The notes below the pieces were generated by a model that did no database searches, was not told where the DNA came from, and saw only the letters and a program-made list of their open reading frames with translations. Positions 26,201-41,200 of a DNA stretch of 64,000 bases are shown piece by piece. Location of the stretch: contig OZ059895.1 in NCBI GenBank assembly GCA_964057225.1, positions 5,828,001 through 5,892,000 of the forward strand, in the 5' to 3' direction. Each line of letters starts with the position of its first letter. Within the stretch, counting starts at the first letter, position 1. Source of the DNA: Auanema rhodensis. Lineage: Eukaryota > Animalia > Nematoda. Made by a program: the position numbers and the translations under genes.

Positions 26201-29200
26201 TGTGAACAAAGCATGTGAATGGGGTCCAGATAAACCTTTTTTCCGGAAACAGGAGAATTCCTGGTGAAATCTCACTAAGAATTTCAGAATCTACACATCT
26301 GAATACCTAACCTTAAAGTATTTTTATTTGATTTTAGTTGATGATCTTTAAGTAAATCGAACATTCACCGGGCACAACGTGCCTACAGCCTGAACGTTTT
26401 TGTGAACAAAGCATGTGAATGGGGTCCAGATAAACCTTTTTTCCGGAAACAGGAGAATTCCTGGTGAAATCTCACTAAGAATTTCAGAATCTACACATCT
26501 GAATACCTAACCTTAAAGTATTTTTATTTGATTTTAGTTGATGATCTTTAAGTAAATCGAACATTCACCGGGCACAACGTGCCTACAGCCTGAACGTTTT
26601 TGTGAACAAAGCATGTGGATGGGGTCCAGATAAACCTTTTTTCCGGAAACAGGAGAGATCTTGGTGAAATCTCACTAAGAATTTCAGAATCTACACAACT
26701 GAATACCTAACCTTAAAGTATTTTTATTTGATTTTAGTTGATGATCTTTAAGTAAATCGAACATTCACCGGGCACAACGTGCCTACAGTCTGAACGTTTT
26801 TGTGAACAAAGCATGTGAATGGGGTCCAGATAAACCTTTTTTCCGGAAACAGGAGAATTCCTGGTGAAATCTCACTAAGAATTTCAGAATCTACACATCT
26901 GAATACCTAACCTTAAAGTATTTTTATTTGATTTTAGTTGATGATCTTTAAGTAAATCGAACATTCACCGGGCACAACGTGCCTACAGTCTGAACGTTTT
27001 TGTGAACAAAGCATGTGAATGGGGTCCAGATAAACCTTTTTTCCGGAAACAGGAGAATTCCTGGTGAAATCTCACTAAGAATTTCAGAATCTACACATCT
27101 GAATACCTAACCTTAAAGTATTTTTATTTGATTTTAGTTGATGATCTTTAAGTAAATCGAACATTCACCGGGCACAACGTGCCTACAGCCTGAACGTTTT
27201 TGTGAACAAAGCATGTGGATGGGGTCCAGATAAACCTTTTTTCCGGAAACAGGAGAATTCCTGGTGAAATCTCACTAAGAATTTCAGAATCTACACATCT
27301 GAATACCTAACCTTAAAGTATTTTTATTTGATTTTAGTTGATGATCTTTAAGTAAATCGAACATTCACCGGGCACAACGTGCCTACAGCCTGAACGTTTT
27401 TGTGAACAAAGCATGTGGATGGGGTCCAGATAAACCTTTTTTCCGGAAACAGGAGAGATCTTGGTGAAATCTCACTAAGAATTTCAGAATCTACACATCT
27501 GAATACCTAACCTTAAAGTATTTTTATTTGATTTTAGTTGATGATCTTTAAGTAAATCGAACATTCACCGGGCACAACGTGCCTACAGCCTGAACGTTTT
27601 TGTGAACAAAGCATGTGAATGGGGTCCAGATAAACCTTTTTTCCGGAAACAGGAGAATTCCTGGTGAAATCTCACTAAGAATTTCAGAATCTACACATCT
27701 GAATACCTAACCTTAAAGTATTTTTATTTGATTTTAGTTGATGATCTTTAAGTAAATCGAACATTCACCGGGCACAACGTGCCTACAGTCTGAACGTTTT
27801 TGTGAACAAAGCATGTGGATGGGGTCCAGATAAACCTTTTTTCCGGAAACAGGAGAATTCCTGGTGAAATCTCACTAAGAATTTCAGAATCTACACATCT
27901 GAATACCTAACCTTAAAGTATTTTTATTTGATTTTAGTTGATGATCTTTAAGTAAATCGAACATTCACCGGGCACAACGTGCCTACAGTCTGAACGTTTT
28001 TGTGAACAAAGCATGTGGATGGGGTCCAGATAAACCTTTTTTCCGGAAACAGGAGAATTCCTGGTGAAATCTCACTAAGAATTTCAGAATCTACACATCT
28101 GAATACCTAACCTTAAAGTATTTTTATTTGATTTTAGTTGATGATCTTTAAGTAAATCGAACATTCACCGGGCACAACGTGCCTACAGCCTGAACGTTTT
28201 TGTGAACAAAGCATGTGAATGGGGTCCAGATAAACCTTTTTTCCGGAAACAGGAGAATTCCTGGTGAAATCTCACTAAGAATTTCAGAATCTACACATCT
28301 GAATACCTAACCTTAAAGTATTTTTATTTGATTTTAGTTGATGATCTTTAAGTAAATCGAACATTCACCGGGCACAACGTGCCTACAGTCTGAACGTTTT
28401 TGTGAACAAAGCATGTGGATGGGGTCCAGATAAACCTTTTTTCCGGAAACAGGAGAGATCCTGGTGAAATCTCACTAAGAATTTCAGAATCTACACATCT
28501 GAATACCTAACCTTAAAGTATTTTTATTTGATTTTAGTTGATGATCTTTAAGTAAATCGAACATTCACCGGGCACAACGTGCCTACAGCCTGAACGTTTT
28601 TGTGAACAAAGCATGTGAATGGGGTCCAGATAAACCTTTTTTCCGGAAACAGGAGAATTCCTGGTGAAATCTCACTAAGAATTTCAGAATCTACACATCT
28701 GAATACCTAACCTTAACGTATTTTTATTTGATTTTAGTTGATGATCTTTAAGTAAATCGAACATTCACCGGGCACAACGTGCCTACAGCCTGAACGTTTT
28801 TGTGAACAAAGCATGTGAATGGGGTCCAGATAAACCTTTTTTCCGGAAACAGGAGAATTCCTGGTGAAATCTCACTAAGAATTTCAGAATCTACACATCT
28901 GAATACCTAATCTTAAAGTATTTTTATTTGATTTTAGTTGATGATCTTTAAGTAAATCGAACATTCACCGGGCACAACGTGCCTACAGCCTGAACGTTTT
29001 TGTGAACAAAGCATGTGAATGGGGTCCAGATAAACCTTTTTTCCGGAAACAGGAGAATTCCTGGTGAAATCTCACTAAGAATTTCAGAATCTACACATCT
29101 GAATACCTAACCTTAAAGTATTTTTATTTGATTTTAGTTGATGATCTTTAAGTAAATCGAACATTCACCGGGCACAACGTGCCTACAGCCTGAACGTTTT

Positions 29201-32200
29201 TGTGAACAAAGCATGTGAATGGGGTCCAGATAAACCTTTTTTCCGGAAACAGGAGAATTCCTGGTGAAATCTCACTAAGAATTTCAGAATCTACACATCT
29301 GAATACCTAACCTTAAAGTATTTTTATTTGATTTTAGTTGATGATCTTTAAGTAAATCGAACATTCACCGGGCACAACGTGCCTACAGCCTGAACGTTTT
29401 TGTGAACAAAGCATGTGAATGGGGTCCAGATAAACCTTTTTTCCGGAAACAGGAGAATTCCTGGTGAAATCTCACTAAGAATTTCAGAATCTACACATCT
29501 GAATACCTAACCTTAAAGTATTTTTATTTGATTTTAGTTGATGATCTTTAAGTAAATCGAACATTCACCGGGCACAACGTGCCTACAGTCTGAACGTTTT
29601 TGTGAACAAAGCATGTGGATGGGGTCCAGATAAACCTTTTTTCCGGAAACAGGAGAATTCCTGGTGAAATCTCACTAAGAATTTCAGAATCTACACATCT
29701 GAATACCTAACCTTAAAGTATTTTTATTTGATTTTAGTTGATGATCTTTAAGTAAATCGAACATTCACCGGGCACAACGTGCCTACAGCCTGAACGTTTT
29801 TGTGAACAAAGCATGTGGATGGGGTCCAGATAAACCTTTTTTCCGGAAACAGGAGAGATCTTGGTGAAATCTCACTAAGAATTTCAGAATCTACACATCT
29901 GAATACCTAACCTTAAAGTATTTTTATTTGATTTTAGTTGATGATCTTTAAGTAAATCGAACATTCACCGGGCACAACGTGCCTACAGCCTGAACGTTTT
30001 TGTGAACAAAGCATGTGAATGGGGTCCAGATAAACCTTTTTTCCGGAAACAGGAGAGATCCTGATGAAATCTCACTAAGAATTTCAGAATCTACACATCT
30101 GAATACCTAACCTTAAAGTATTTTTATTTGATTTTAGTTGATGATCTTTAAGTAAATCGAACATTCACCGGGCACAACGTGCCTACAGCCTGAACGTTTT
30201 TGTGAACAAAGCATGTGGATGGGGTCCAGATAAACCTTTTTTCCGGAAACAGGAGAGATCCTGATGAAATCTCACTAAGAATTTCAGAATCTACACATCT
30301 GAATACCTAACCTTAACGTATTTTTATTTGATTTTAGTTGATGATCTTTAAGTAAATCGAACATTCACCGGGCACAACGTGCCTACAGTCTGAACGTTTT
30401 TGTGAACAAAGCATGTGGATGGGGTCCAGATAAACCTTTTTTCCGGAAACAGGAGAGATCCTGATGAAATCTCACTAAGAATTTCAGAATCTACACATCT
30501 GAATACCTAACCTTAAAGTATTTTTATTTGATTTTAGTTGATGATCTTTAAGTAAATCGAACATTCACCGGGCACAACGTGCCTACAGCCTGAACGTTTT
30601 TGTGAACAAAGCATGTGGATGGGGTCCAGATAAACCTTTTTTCCGGAAACAGGAGAGATCCTGATGAAATCTCACTAAGAATTTCAGAATCTACACATCT
30701 GAATACCTAACCTTAACGTATTTTTATTTGATTTTAGTTGATGATCTTTAAGTAAATCGAACATTCACCGGGCACAACGTGCCTACAGTCTGAACGTTTT
30801 TGTGAACAAAGCATGTGGATGGGGTCCAGATAAACCTTTTTTCCGGAAACAGGAGAGATTTTGGTGAAATCTCACTAAGAATTTCAGAATCTACACATCT
30901 GAATACCTAACCTTAAAGTATTTTTATTTGATTTTAGTTGATGATCTTTAAGTAAATCGAACATTCACCGGGCACAACGTGCCTACAGCCTGAACGTTTT
31001 TGTGAACAAAGCATGTGGATGGGGTCCAGATAAACCTTTTTTCCGGAAACAGGAGAGGTCCTAGTGAAATCTCACTAAGAATTTCAGAATCTACACATCT
31101 GAATACCTAACCTTAAAGTATTTTTATTTGATTTTAGTTGATGATCTTTAAGTAAATCGAACATTCACCGGGCACAACGTGCCTACAGCCTGAACGTTTT
31201 TGTGAACAAAGCATGTGGATGGGGTCCAGATAAACCTTTTTTCCGGAAACAGGAGAGATCCTGATGAAATCTCACTAAGAATTTCAGAATCTACACATCT
31301 GAATACCTAACCTTAACGTATTTTTATTTGATTTTAGTTGATGATCTTTAAGTAAATCGAACATTCACCGGGCACACCGTGCCTACAGTCTGAACGTTTT
31401 TGTGAACAAAGCATGTGGATGGGGTCCAGATAAACCTTTTTTCCGGACACAGGAGAGATCCTGATGAAATCTCACTAAGAATTTCAGAATCTACACATCT
31501 GAATACCTAACCTTAAAGTATTTTTATTTGATTTTAGTTGATGATCTTTAAGTAAATCGAACATTCACCGGGCACAACGTGCCTACAGCCTGAACGTTTT
31601 TGTGAACAAAGCATGTGGATGGGGTCCAGATAAACCTTTTTTCCGGAAACAGGAGAGATCCTAGTGAAATCTCACTAAGAATTTCAGAATCTACACATCT
31701 GAATACCTAACCTTAAAGTATTTTTATTTGATTTTAGTTGATGATCTTTAAGTAAATCGAACATTCACCGGGCACAACGTGCCTACAGCCTGAACGTTTT
31801 TGTGAACAAAGCATGTGGATGGGGTCCAGATAAACCTTTTTTCCGGAAACAGGAGAGATCCTGATGAAATCTCACTAAGAATTTCAGAATCTACACATCT
31901 GAATACCTAACCTTAAAGTATTTTTATTTGATTTTAGTTGATGATCTTTAAGTAAATCGAACATTCACCGGGCACAACGTGCCTACAGCCTGAACGTTTT
32001 TGTGAACAAAGCATGTGGATGGGGTCCAGATAAACCTTTTTTCCGGAAACAGGAGAGATCCTGGTGAAATCTCACTAAGAATTTCAGAATCTACACATCT
32101 GAATACCTAACCTTAAAGTATTTTTATTTGATTTTAGTTGATGATCTTTAAGTAAATCGAACATTCACCGGGCACAACGTGCCTACAGTCTGAACGTTTT

Positions 32201-35200
32201 TGTGAACAAAGCATGTGGATGGGGTCCAGATAAACCTTTTTTCCGGAAACAGGAGAGATCCTGATGAAATCTCACTAAGAATTTCAGAATCTACACATCT
32301 GAATACTTAACCTTAAAGTATTTTTATTCGATTTTAGTTGATGATCTTTAAGTAAATCGAACATTCACCGGGCACAACGTGCCTACAGCCTGAACGTTTT
32401 TGTGAACAAAGCATGTGGATGGGGTCCAGATAAACCTTTTTTCCGGAAACAGGAGAGATCCTGGTGAAATCTCACTAAGAATTTCAGAATCTACACATCT
32501 GAATACCTAACCTTAAAGTATTTTTATTTGATTTTAGTTGATGATCTTTAAGTAAATCGAACATTCACCGGGCACAACGTGCCTACAGCCTGAACGTTTT
32601 TGTGAACAAAGCATGTGGATGGGGTCCAGATAAACCTTTTTTCCGGAAACAGGAGAGATCCTGGTGAAATCTCACTAAGAATTTCAGAATCTACACATCT
32701 GAATACCTAACCTTAACGTATTTTTATTTGATTTTAGTTGATGATCTTTAAGTAAATCGAACATTCACCGGGCACAACGTGCCTACAGTCTGAACGTTTT
32801 TGTGAACAAAGCATGTGGATGGGGTCCAGATAAACCTTTTTTCCGGAAACAGGAGAGGTCCTAGTGAAATCTCACTAAGAATTTCAGAATCTACACATCT
32901 GAATACCTAACCTTAAAGTATTTTTATTTGATTTTAGTTGATGATCTTTAAGTAAATCGAACATTCACCGGGCACAACGTGCCTACAGCCTGAACGTTTT
33001 TGTGAACAAAGCATGTGGATGGGGTCCAGATAAACCTTTTTTCCGGAAACAGGAGAGATCCTGATGAAATCTCACTAAGAATTTCAGAATCTACACATCT
33101 GAATACCTAACCTTAACGTATTTTTATTTGATTTTAGTTGATGATCTTTAAGTAAATCGAACATTCACCGGGCACACCGTGCCTACAGTCTGAACGTTTT
33201 TGTGAACAAAGCATGTGGATGGGGTCCAGATAAACCTTTTTTCCGGACACAGGAGAGATCCTGATGAAATCTCACTAAGAATTTCAGAATCTACACATCT
33301 GAATACCTAACCTTAAAGTATTTTTATTTGATTTTAGTTGATGATCTTTAAGTAAATCGAACATTCACCGGGCACAACGTGCCTACAGCCTGAACGTTTT
33401 TGTGAACAAAGCATGTGGATGGGGTCCAGATAAACCTTTTTTCCGGAAACAGGAGAGATCCTAGTGAAATCTCACTAAGAATTTCAGAATCTACACATCT
33501 GAATACCTAACCTTAAAGTATTTTTATTTGATTTTAGTTGATGATCTTTAAGTAAATCGAACATTCACCGGGCACAACGTGCCTACAGCCTGAACGTTTT
33601 TGTGAACAAAGCATGTGGATGGGGTCCAGATAAACCTTTTTTCCGGAAACAGGAGAGATCCTGATGAAATCTCACTAAGAATTTCAGAATCTACACATCT
33701 GAATACCTAACCTTAAAGTATTTTTATTTGATTTTAGTTGATGATCTTTAAGTAAATCGAACATTCACCGGGCACAACGTGCCTACAGCCTGAACGTTTT
33801 TGTGAACAAAGCATGTGGATGGGGTCCAGATAAACCTTTTTTCCGGAAACAGGAGAGATCCTGGTGAAATCTCACTAAGAATTTCAGAATCTACACATCT
33901 GAATACCTAACCTTAAAGTATTTTTATTTGATTTTAGTTGATGATCTTTAAGTAAATCGAACATTCACCGGGCACAACGTGCCTACAGTCTGAACGTTTT
34001 TGTGAACAAAGCATGTGGATGGGGTCCAGATAAACCTTTTTTCCGGAAACAGGAGAGATCCTGATGAAATCTCACTAAGAATTTCAGAATCTACACATCT
34101 GAATACTTAACCTTAAAGTATTTTTATTCGATTTTAGTTGATGATCTTTAAGTAAATCGAACATTCACCGGGCACAACGTGCCTACAGCCTGAACGTTTT
34201 TGTGAACAAAGCATGTGGATGGGGTCCAGATAAACCTTTTTTCCGGAAACAGGAGAGATCCTGGTGAAATCTCACTAAGAATTTCAGAATCTACACATCT
34301 GAATACCTAACCTTAAAGTATTTTTATTTGATTTTAGTTGATGATCTTTAAGTAAATCGAACATTCACCGGGCACAACGTGCCTACAGCCTGAACGTTTT
34401 TGTGAACAAAGCATGTGGATGGGGTCCAGATAAACCTTTTTTCCGGAAACAGGAGAGATCCTGGTGAAATCTCACTAAGAATTTCAGAATCTACACATCT
34501 GAATACCTAACCTTAACGTATTTTTATTTGATTTTAGTTGATGATCTTTAAGTAAATCGAACATTCACCGGGCACAACGTGCCTACAGTCTGAACGTTTT
34601 TGTGAACAAAGCATGTGGATGGGGTCCAGATAAACCTTTTTTCCGGAAACAGGAGAGATCCTGATGAAATCTCACTAAGAATTTCAGAATCTACACATCT
34701 GAATACCTAATCTTAAAGTATTTTTATTTGATTTTAGTTGATGATCTTTAAGTAAATCGAACATTCACCGGGCACAACGTGCCTACAGTCTGAACGTTTT
34801 TGTGAACAAAGCATGTGGATGGGGTCCAGATAAACCTTTTTTCCGGAAACAGGAGAGATCCTGATGAATTCTCACTAAGAATTTCAGAATCTACACATCT
34901 GAATACCTAATCTTAAAGTATTTTTATTTGATTTTAGTTGATGATCTTTAAGTAAATCGAACATTCACCGGGCACAACGTGCCTACAGCCTGAACGTTTT
35001 TGTGAACAAAGCATGTGGATGGGGTCCAGATAAACCTTTTTTCCGGAAACAGGAGAGATCCTGATGAAATCTCACTAAGAATTTCAGAATCTACACATCT
35101 GAATACCTAACCTTAAAGTATTTTTATTTGATTTTAGTTGATGATCTTTAAGTAAATCGAACATTCACCGGGCACAACGTGCCTACAGCCTGAACGTTTT

Positions 35201-38200
35201 TGTGAACAAAGCATGTGGATGGGGTCCAGATAAACCTTTTTTCCGGAAACAGGAGAATTCCTGGTGAAATCTCACGAAGAATTTCAGAATCTACACATCT
35301 GAATACCTAACCTTAACGAATTTTTATTTGATTTTAGTTGATGATCTTTAAGTAAATCGAACATTCACCGGGCACAACGTGCCTACAGCCTGAACGTTTT
35401 TGTGAACAAAGCATGTGGATGGGCTCCAGATAAACCTTTTTTCCGGAAACAGGAGAATTCCTGGTGAAATCTCACTAAGAATTTCAGAATCTACACATCT
35501 GAATACCTAACCTTAAAGTATTTTTATTTGATTTTAGTTGATGATCTTTAAGTAAATCGAACATTCACCGGGCACAACGTGCCTACAGCCTGAACGTTTT
35601 TGTGAACAAAGCATGTGGATGGGGTCCAGATAAACCTTTTTTCCGGAAACAGGAGAGATCCTGGTGAAATCTCACTAAGAATTTCAGAATCTACACATCT
35701 GAATACTTAACCTTAAAGTATTTTTATTTGATTTTAGTTGATGATCTTTAAGTAAATCGAACATTCACCGGGCACAACGTGCCTACAGCCTGAACGTTTT
35801 TGTGAACAAAGCATGTGGATGGGGTCCAGATAAACCTTTTTTCCGGAAACAGGAGAGATCCTGGTGAAATCTCACTAAGAATTTCAGAATCTACACATCT
35901 GAATACCTAACCTTAAAGTATTTTTATTTGATTTTAGTTGATGATCTTTAAGTAAATCGAACATTCACCGGGCACAACGTGCCTACAGCCTGAACGTTTT
36001 TGTGAACAAAGCATGTGGATGGGGTCCAGATAAACCTTTTTTCCGGAAACAGGAGAATTCCTGGTGAAATCTCACTAAGAATTTCAGAATCTACACATCT
36101 GAATACCTAACCTTAAAGTATTTTTATTTGATTTTAGTTGATGATCTTTAAGTAAATCGAACATTCACCGGGCACAACGTGCCTACAGTCTGAACGTTTT
36201 TGTGAACAAAGCATGTGGATGGGGTCCAGATAAACCTTTTTTCCGGAAACAGGAGAGATCCTGGTGAAATCTCACTAAGAATTTCAGAATCTACACATCT
36301 GAATACCTAACCTTAAAGTATTTTTATTTGATTTTAGTTGATGATCTTTAAGTAAATGGAACATTCACCGGGCACAACGTGCCTACAGCCTGAACGTTTT
36401 TGTGAACAAAGCATGTGGATGGGGTCCAGATAAACCTTTTTTCCGGAAACAGGAGAGATCCTGGTGAATTCTCACTAAGAATTTCAGAATCTACACATCT
36501 GAATACCTAACCTTAAAGTATTTTTATTTGATTTTAGTTGATGATCTTTAAGTAAATCGAACATTCACCGGGCACAACGTGCCTACAGCCTGAACGTTTT
36601 TGTGAACAAAGCATGTGGATGGGGTCCAGATAAACCTTTTTTCGGGAAACAGGAGAGATCCTGGTGAATTCTCACTAAGAATTTCAGAATCTACACATCT
36701 GAATACCTAACCTTAAAGTATTTTTATTTGATTTTAGTTGATGATCTTTAAGTAAATCGAACATTCACCGGGCACAACGTGCCTACAGTCTGAACGTTTT
36801 TGTGAACAAAGCATGTGGATGGGGTCCAGATAAACCTTTTTTCCGGAAACAGGAGAATTCCTGGTGAAATCTCACTAAGAATTTCAGAATCTACACATCT
36901 GAATACCTAACCTTAAAGTATTTTTATTTGATTTTAGTTGATGATCTTTAAGTAAATCGAACATTCACCGGGCACAACGTGCCTACAGTCTGAACGTTTT
37001 TGTGAACAAAGCATGTGGATGGGGTCCAGATAAACCTTTTTTCCGGAAACAGGAGAGATCCTGGTGAAATCTCACTAAGAATTTCAGAATCTACACATCT
37101 GAATACCTAACCTTAAAGTATTTTTATTTGATTTTAGTTGATGATCTTTAAGTAAATGGAACATTCACCGGGCACAACGTGCCTACAGCCTGAACGTTTT
37201 TGTGAACAAAGCATGTGGATGGGGTCCAGATAAACCTTTTTTCCGGAAACAGGAGAGATCCTGGTGAATTCTCACTAAGAATTTCAGAATCTACACATCT
37301 GAATACCTAACCTTAAAGTATTTTTATTTGATTTTAGTTGATGATCTTTAAGTAAATGGAACATTCACCGGGCACAACGTGCCTACAGCCTGAACGTTTT
37401 TGTGAACAAAGCATGTGGATGGGGTCCAGATAAACCTTTTTTCCGGAAACAGGAGAGATCCTGGTGAATTCTCACTAAGAATTTCAGAATCTACACATCT
37501 GAATACCTAACCTTAAAGTATTTTTATTTGATTTTAGTTGATGATCTTTAAGTAAATCGAACATTCACCGGGCACAACGTGCCTACAGCCTGAACGTTTT
37601 TGTGAACAAAGCATGTGGATGGGGTCCAGATAAACCTTTTTTCCGGAAACAGGAGAGATCCTGGTGAATTCTCACTAAGAATTTCAGAATCTACACATCT
37701 GAATACCTAACCTTAACGAATTTTTATTTGATTTTAGTTGATGATCTTTAAGTAAATCGAACATTCACCGGGCACAACGTGCCTACAGCCTGAACGTTTT
37801 TGTGAACAAAGCATGTGGATGGGGTCCAGATAAACCTTTTTTCCGGAAACAGGAGAGATCCTGGTGAAATCTCACTAAGAATTTCAGAATCTACACATCT
37901 GAATACCTAACCTTAAAGTATTTTTATTTGATTTTAGTTGATGATCTTTAAGTAAATCGAACATTCACCGGGCACAACGTGCCTACAGCCTGAACGTTTT
38001 TGTGAACAAAGCATGTGGATGGGGTCCAGATAAACCTTTTTTCCGGAAACAGGAGAATTCCTGGTGAAATCTCACTAAGAATTTCAGAATCTACACATCT
38101 GAATACCTAACCTTAAAGTATTTTTATTTGATTTTAGTTGATGATCTTTAAGTAAATCGAACATTCACCGGGCACAACGTGCCTACAGTCTGAACGTTTT

Positions 38201-41200
38201 TGTGAACAAAGCATGTGGATGGGGTCCAGATAAACCTTTTTTCCGGAAACAGGAGAATTCCTGGTGAAATCTCACTAAGAATTTCAGAATCTACACATCT
38301 GAATACCTAACCTTAAAGTATTTTTATTTGATTTTAGTTGATGATCTTTAAGTAAATCGAACATTCACCGGGCACAACGTGCCTACAGTCTGAACGTTTT
38401 TGTGAACAAAGCATGTGGATGGGGTCCAGATAAACCTTTTTTCCGGAAACAGGAGAGATCCTGGTGAAATCTCACTAAGAATTTCAGAATCTACACATCT
38501 GAATACCTAACCTTAACGAATTTTTGTTTGATTTTAGTTGATGATCTTTAAGTAAATCGAACATTCACCGGGCACAACGTGCCTACAGCCTGAACGTTTT
38601 TGTGAACAAAGCATGTGGATGGGGTCCAGATAAACCTTTTTTCCGGAAACAGGAGAGATCCTGGTGAAATCTCACTAAGAATTTCAGAATCTACACATCT
38701 GAATACCTAACCTTAAAGTATTTTTATTTGATTTTAGTTGATGATCTTTAAGTAAATCGAACATTCACCGGGCACAACGTGCCTACAGTCTGAACGTTTT
38801 TGTGAACAAAGCATGTGGATGGGGTCCAGATAAACCTTTTTTCCGGAAACAGGAGAGATCCTGGTGAAATCTCACTAAGAATTTCAGAATCTACACATCT
38901 GAATACCTAACCTTAAAGTATTTTTATTTGATTTTAGTTGATGATCTTTAAGTAAATCGAACATTCACCGGGCACAACGTGCCTACAGCCTGAACGTTTT
39001 TGTGAACAAAGCATGTGGATGGGGTCCAGATAAACCTTTTTTTCCGGAAACAGGAGAGATCCTGGTGAAATCTCACTAAGAATTTCAGAATCTACACATC
39101 TGAATACCTAACCTTAACGTATTTTTATTTGATTTTAGTTGATGATCTTTAAGTAAATCGAACATTCACCGGGCACAACGTGCCTACAGTCTGAACGTTT
39201 TTGTGAACAAAGCATGTGGATGGGGTCCAGATAAACCTTTTTTCCGGAAACAGGAGAGATCCTGGTGAAATCTCACTAAGAATTTCAGAATCTACACATC
39301 TGAATACCTAACCTTAACGTATTTTTATTTGATTTTAGTTGATGATCTTTAAGTAAATCGAACATTCACCGGGCACAACGTGCCTACAGTCTGAACGTTT
39401 TTGTGAACAAAGCATGTGGATGGGGTCCAGATAAACCTTTTTTTCCGGAAACAGGAGAGATCCTGGTGAAATCTCACTAAGAATTTCAGAATCTACACAT
39501 CTGAATACCTAACCTTAACGTATTTTTATTTGATTTTAGTTGATGATCTTTAAGTAAATCGAACATTCACCGGGCACAACGTGCCTACAGTCTGAACGTT
39601 TTTGTGAACAAAGCATGTGGATGGGGTCCAGATAAACCTTTTTTCCGGAAACAGGAGAATTCCTGGTGAAATCTCACTAAGAATTTCAGAATCTACACAT
39701 CTGAATACCTAACCTTAAAGTATTTTTATTTGATTTTAGTTGATGATCTTTAAGTAAATCGAACATTCACCGGGCACAACGTGCCTACAGTCTGAACGTT
39801 TTTGTGAACAAAGCATGTGGATGGGGTCCAGATAAACCTTTTTTCCGGAAACAGGAGAGATCCTGGTGAAATCTCACTAAGAATTTCAGAATCTACACAT
39901 CTGAATACCTAACCTTAAAGTATTTTTATTTGATTTTAGTTGATGATCTTTAAGTAAATCGAACATTCACCGGGCACAACGTGCCTACAGTCTGAACGTT
40001 TTTGTGAACAAAGCATGTGGATGGGGTCCAGATAAACCTTTTTTCCGGAAACAGGAGAGATCCTGATGAATTCTCACTAAGAATTTCAGAATCTACACAT
40101 CTGAATACCTAACCTTAACGTATTTTTATTTGATTTTAGTTGATGATCTTTAAGTAAATCGAACATTCACCGGGCACAACGTGCCTACAGTCTGAACGTT
40201 TTTGTGAACAAAGCATGTGGATGGGGTCCAGATAAACCTTTTTTCCGGAAACAGGAGAGATCCTGATGAATTCTCACTAAGAATTTCAGAATCTACACAT
40301 CTGAATACCTAATCTTAAAGTATTTTTATTTGATTTTAGTTGATGATCTTTAAGTAAATCGAACATTCACCGGGCACAACGTGCCTACAGTCTGAACGTT
40401 TTTGTGAACAAAGCATGTGGATGGGGTCCAGATAAACCTTTTTTCCGGAAACAGGAGAATTCCTGGTGAAATCTCACTAAGAATTTCAGAATCTACACAT
40501 CTGAATACCTAACCTTAAAGTATTTTTATTTGATTTTAGTTGATGATCTTTAAGTAAATCGAACATTCACCGGGCACAACGTGCCTACAGCCTGAACGTT
40601 TTTGTGAACAAAGCATGTGGATGGGGTCCAGATAAACCTTTTTTCCGGAAACAGGAGAATTCCTGGTGAAATCTCACTAAGAATTTCAGAATCTACACAT
40701 CTGAATACCTAACCTTAAAGTATTTTTATTTGATTTTAGTTGATGATCTTTAAGTAAATCGAACATTCACCGGGCACAACGTGCCTACAGCCTGAACGTT
40801 TTTGTGAACAAAGCATGTGGATGGGGTCCAGATAAACCTTTTTTTCCGGAAACAGGAGAGATCCTGGTGAAATCTCACTAAGAATTTCAGAATCTACACA
40901 TCTGAATACCTAACCTTAACGTATTTTTATTTGATTTTAGTTGATGATCTTTAAGTAAATCGAACATTCACCGGGCACAACGTGCCTACAGTCTGAACGT
41001 TTTTGTGAACAAAGCATGTGGATGGGGTCCAGATAAACCTTTTTTCCGGAAACAGGAGAGATCCTGATGAATTCTCACTAAGAATTTCAGAATCTACACA
41101 TCTGAATACCTAATCTTAAAGTATTTTTATTTGATTTTAGTTGATGATCTTTAAGTAAATCGAACATTCACCGGGCACAACGTGCCTACAGCCTGAACGT

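Noticed and set aside
30040-30100. Hammerhead ribozyme (CTGATGA present in some monomers)
   Set aside because: CTGATGA is a minority variant of CTGGTGA. No GAAA follows the putative stem II, and only 11 nt separate the upstream GAAA from CTGA, too few for the required stems.
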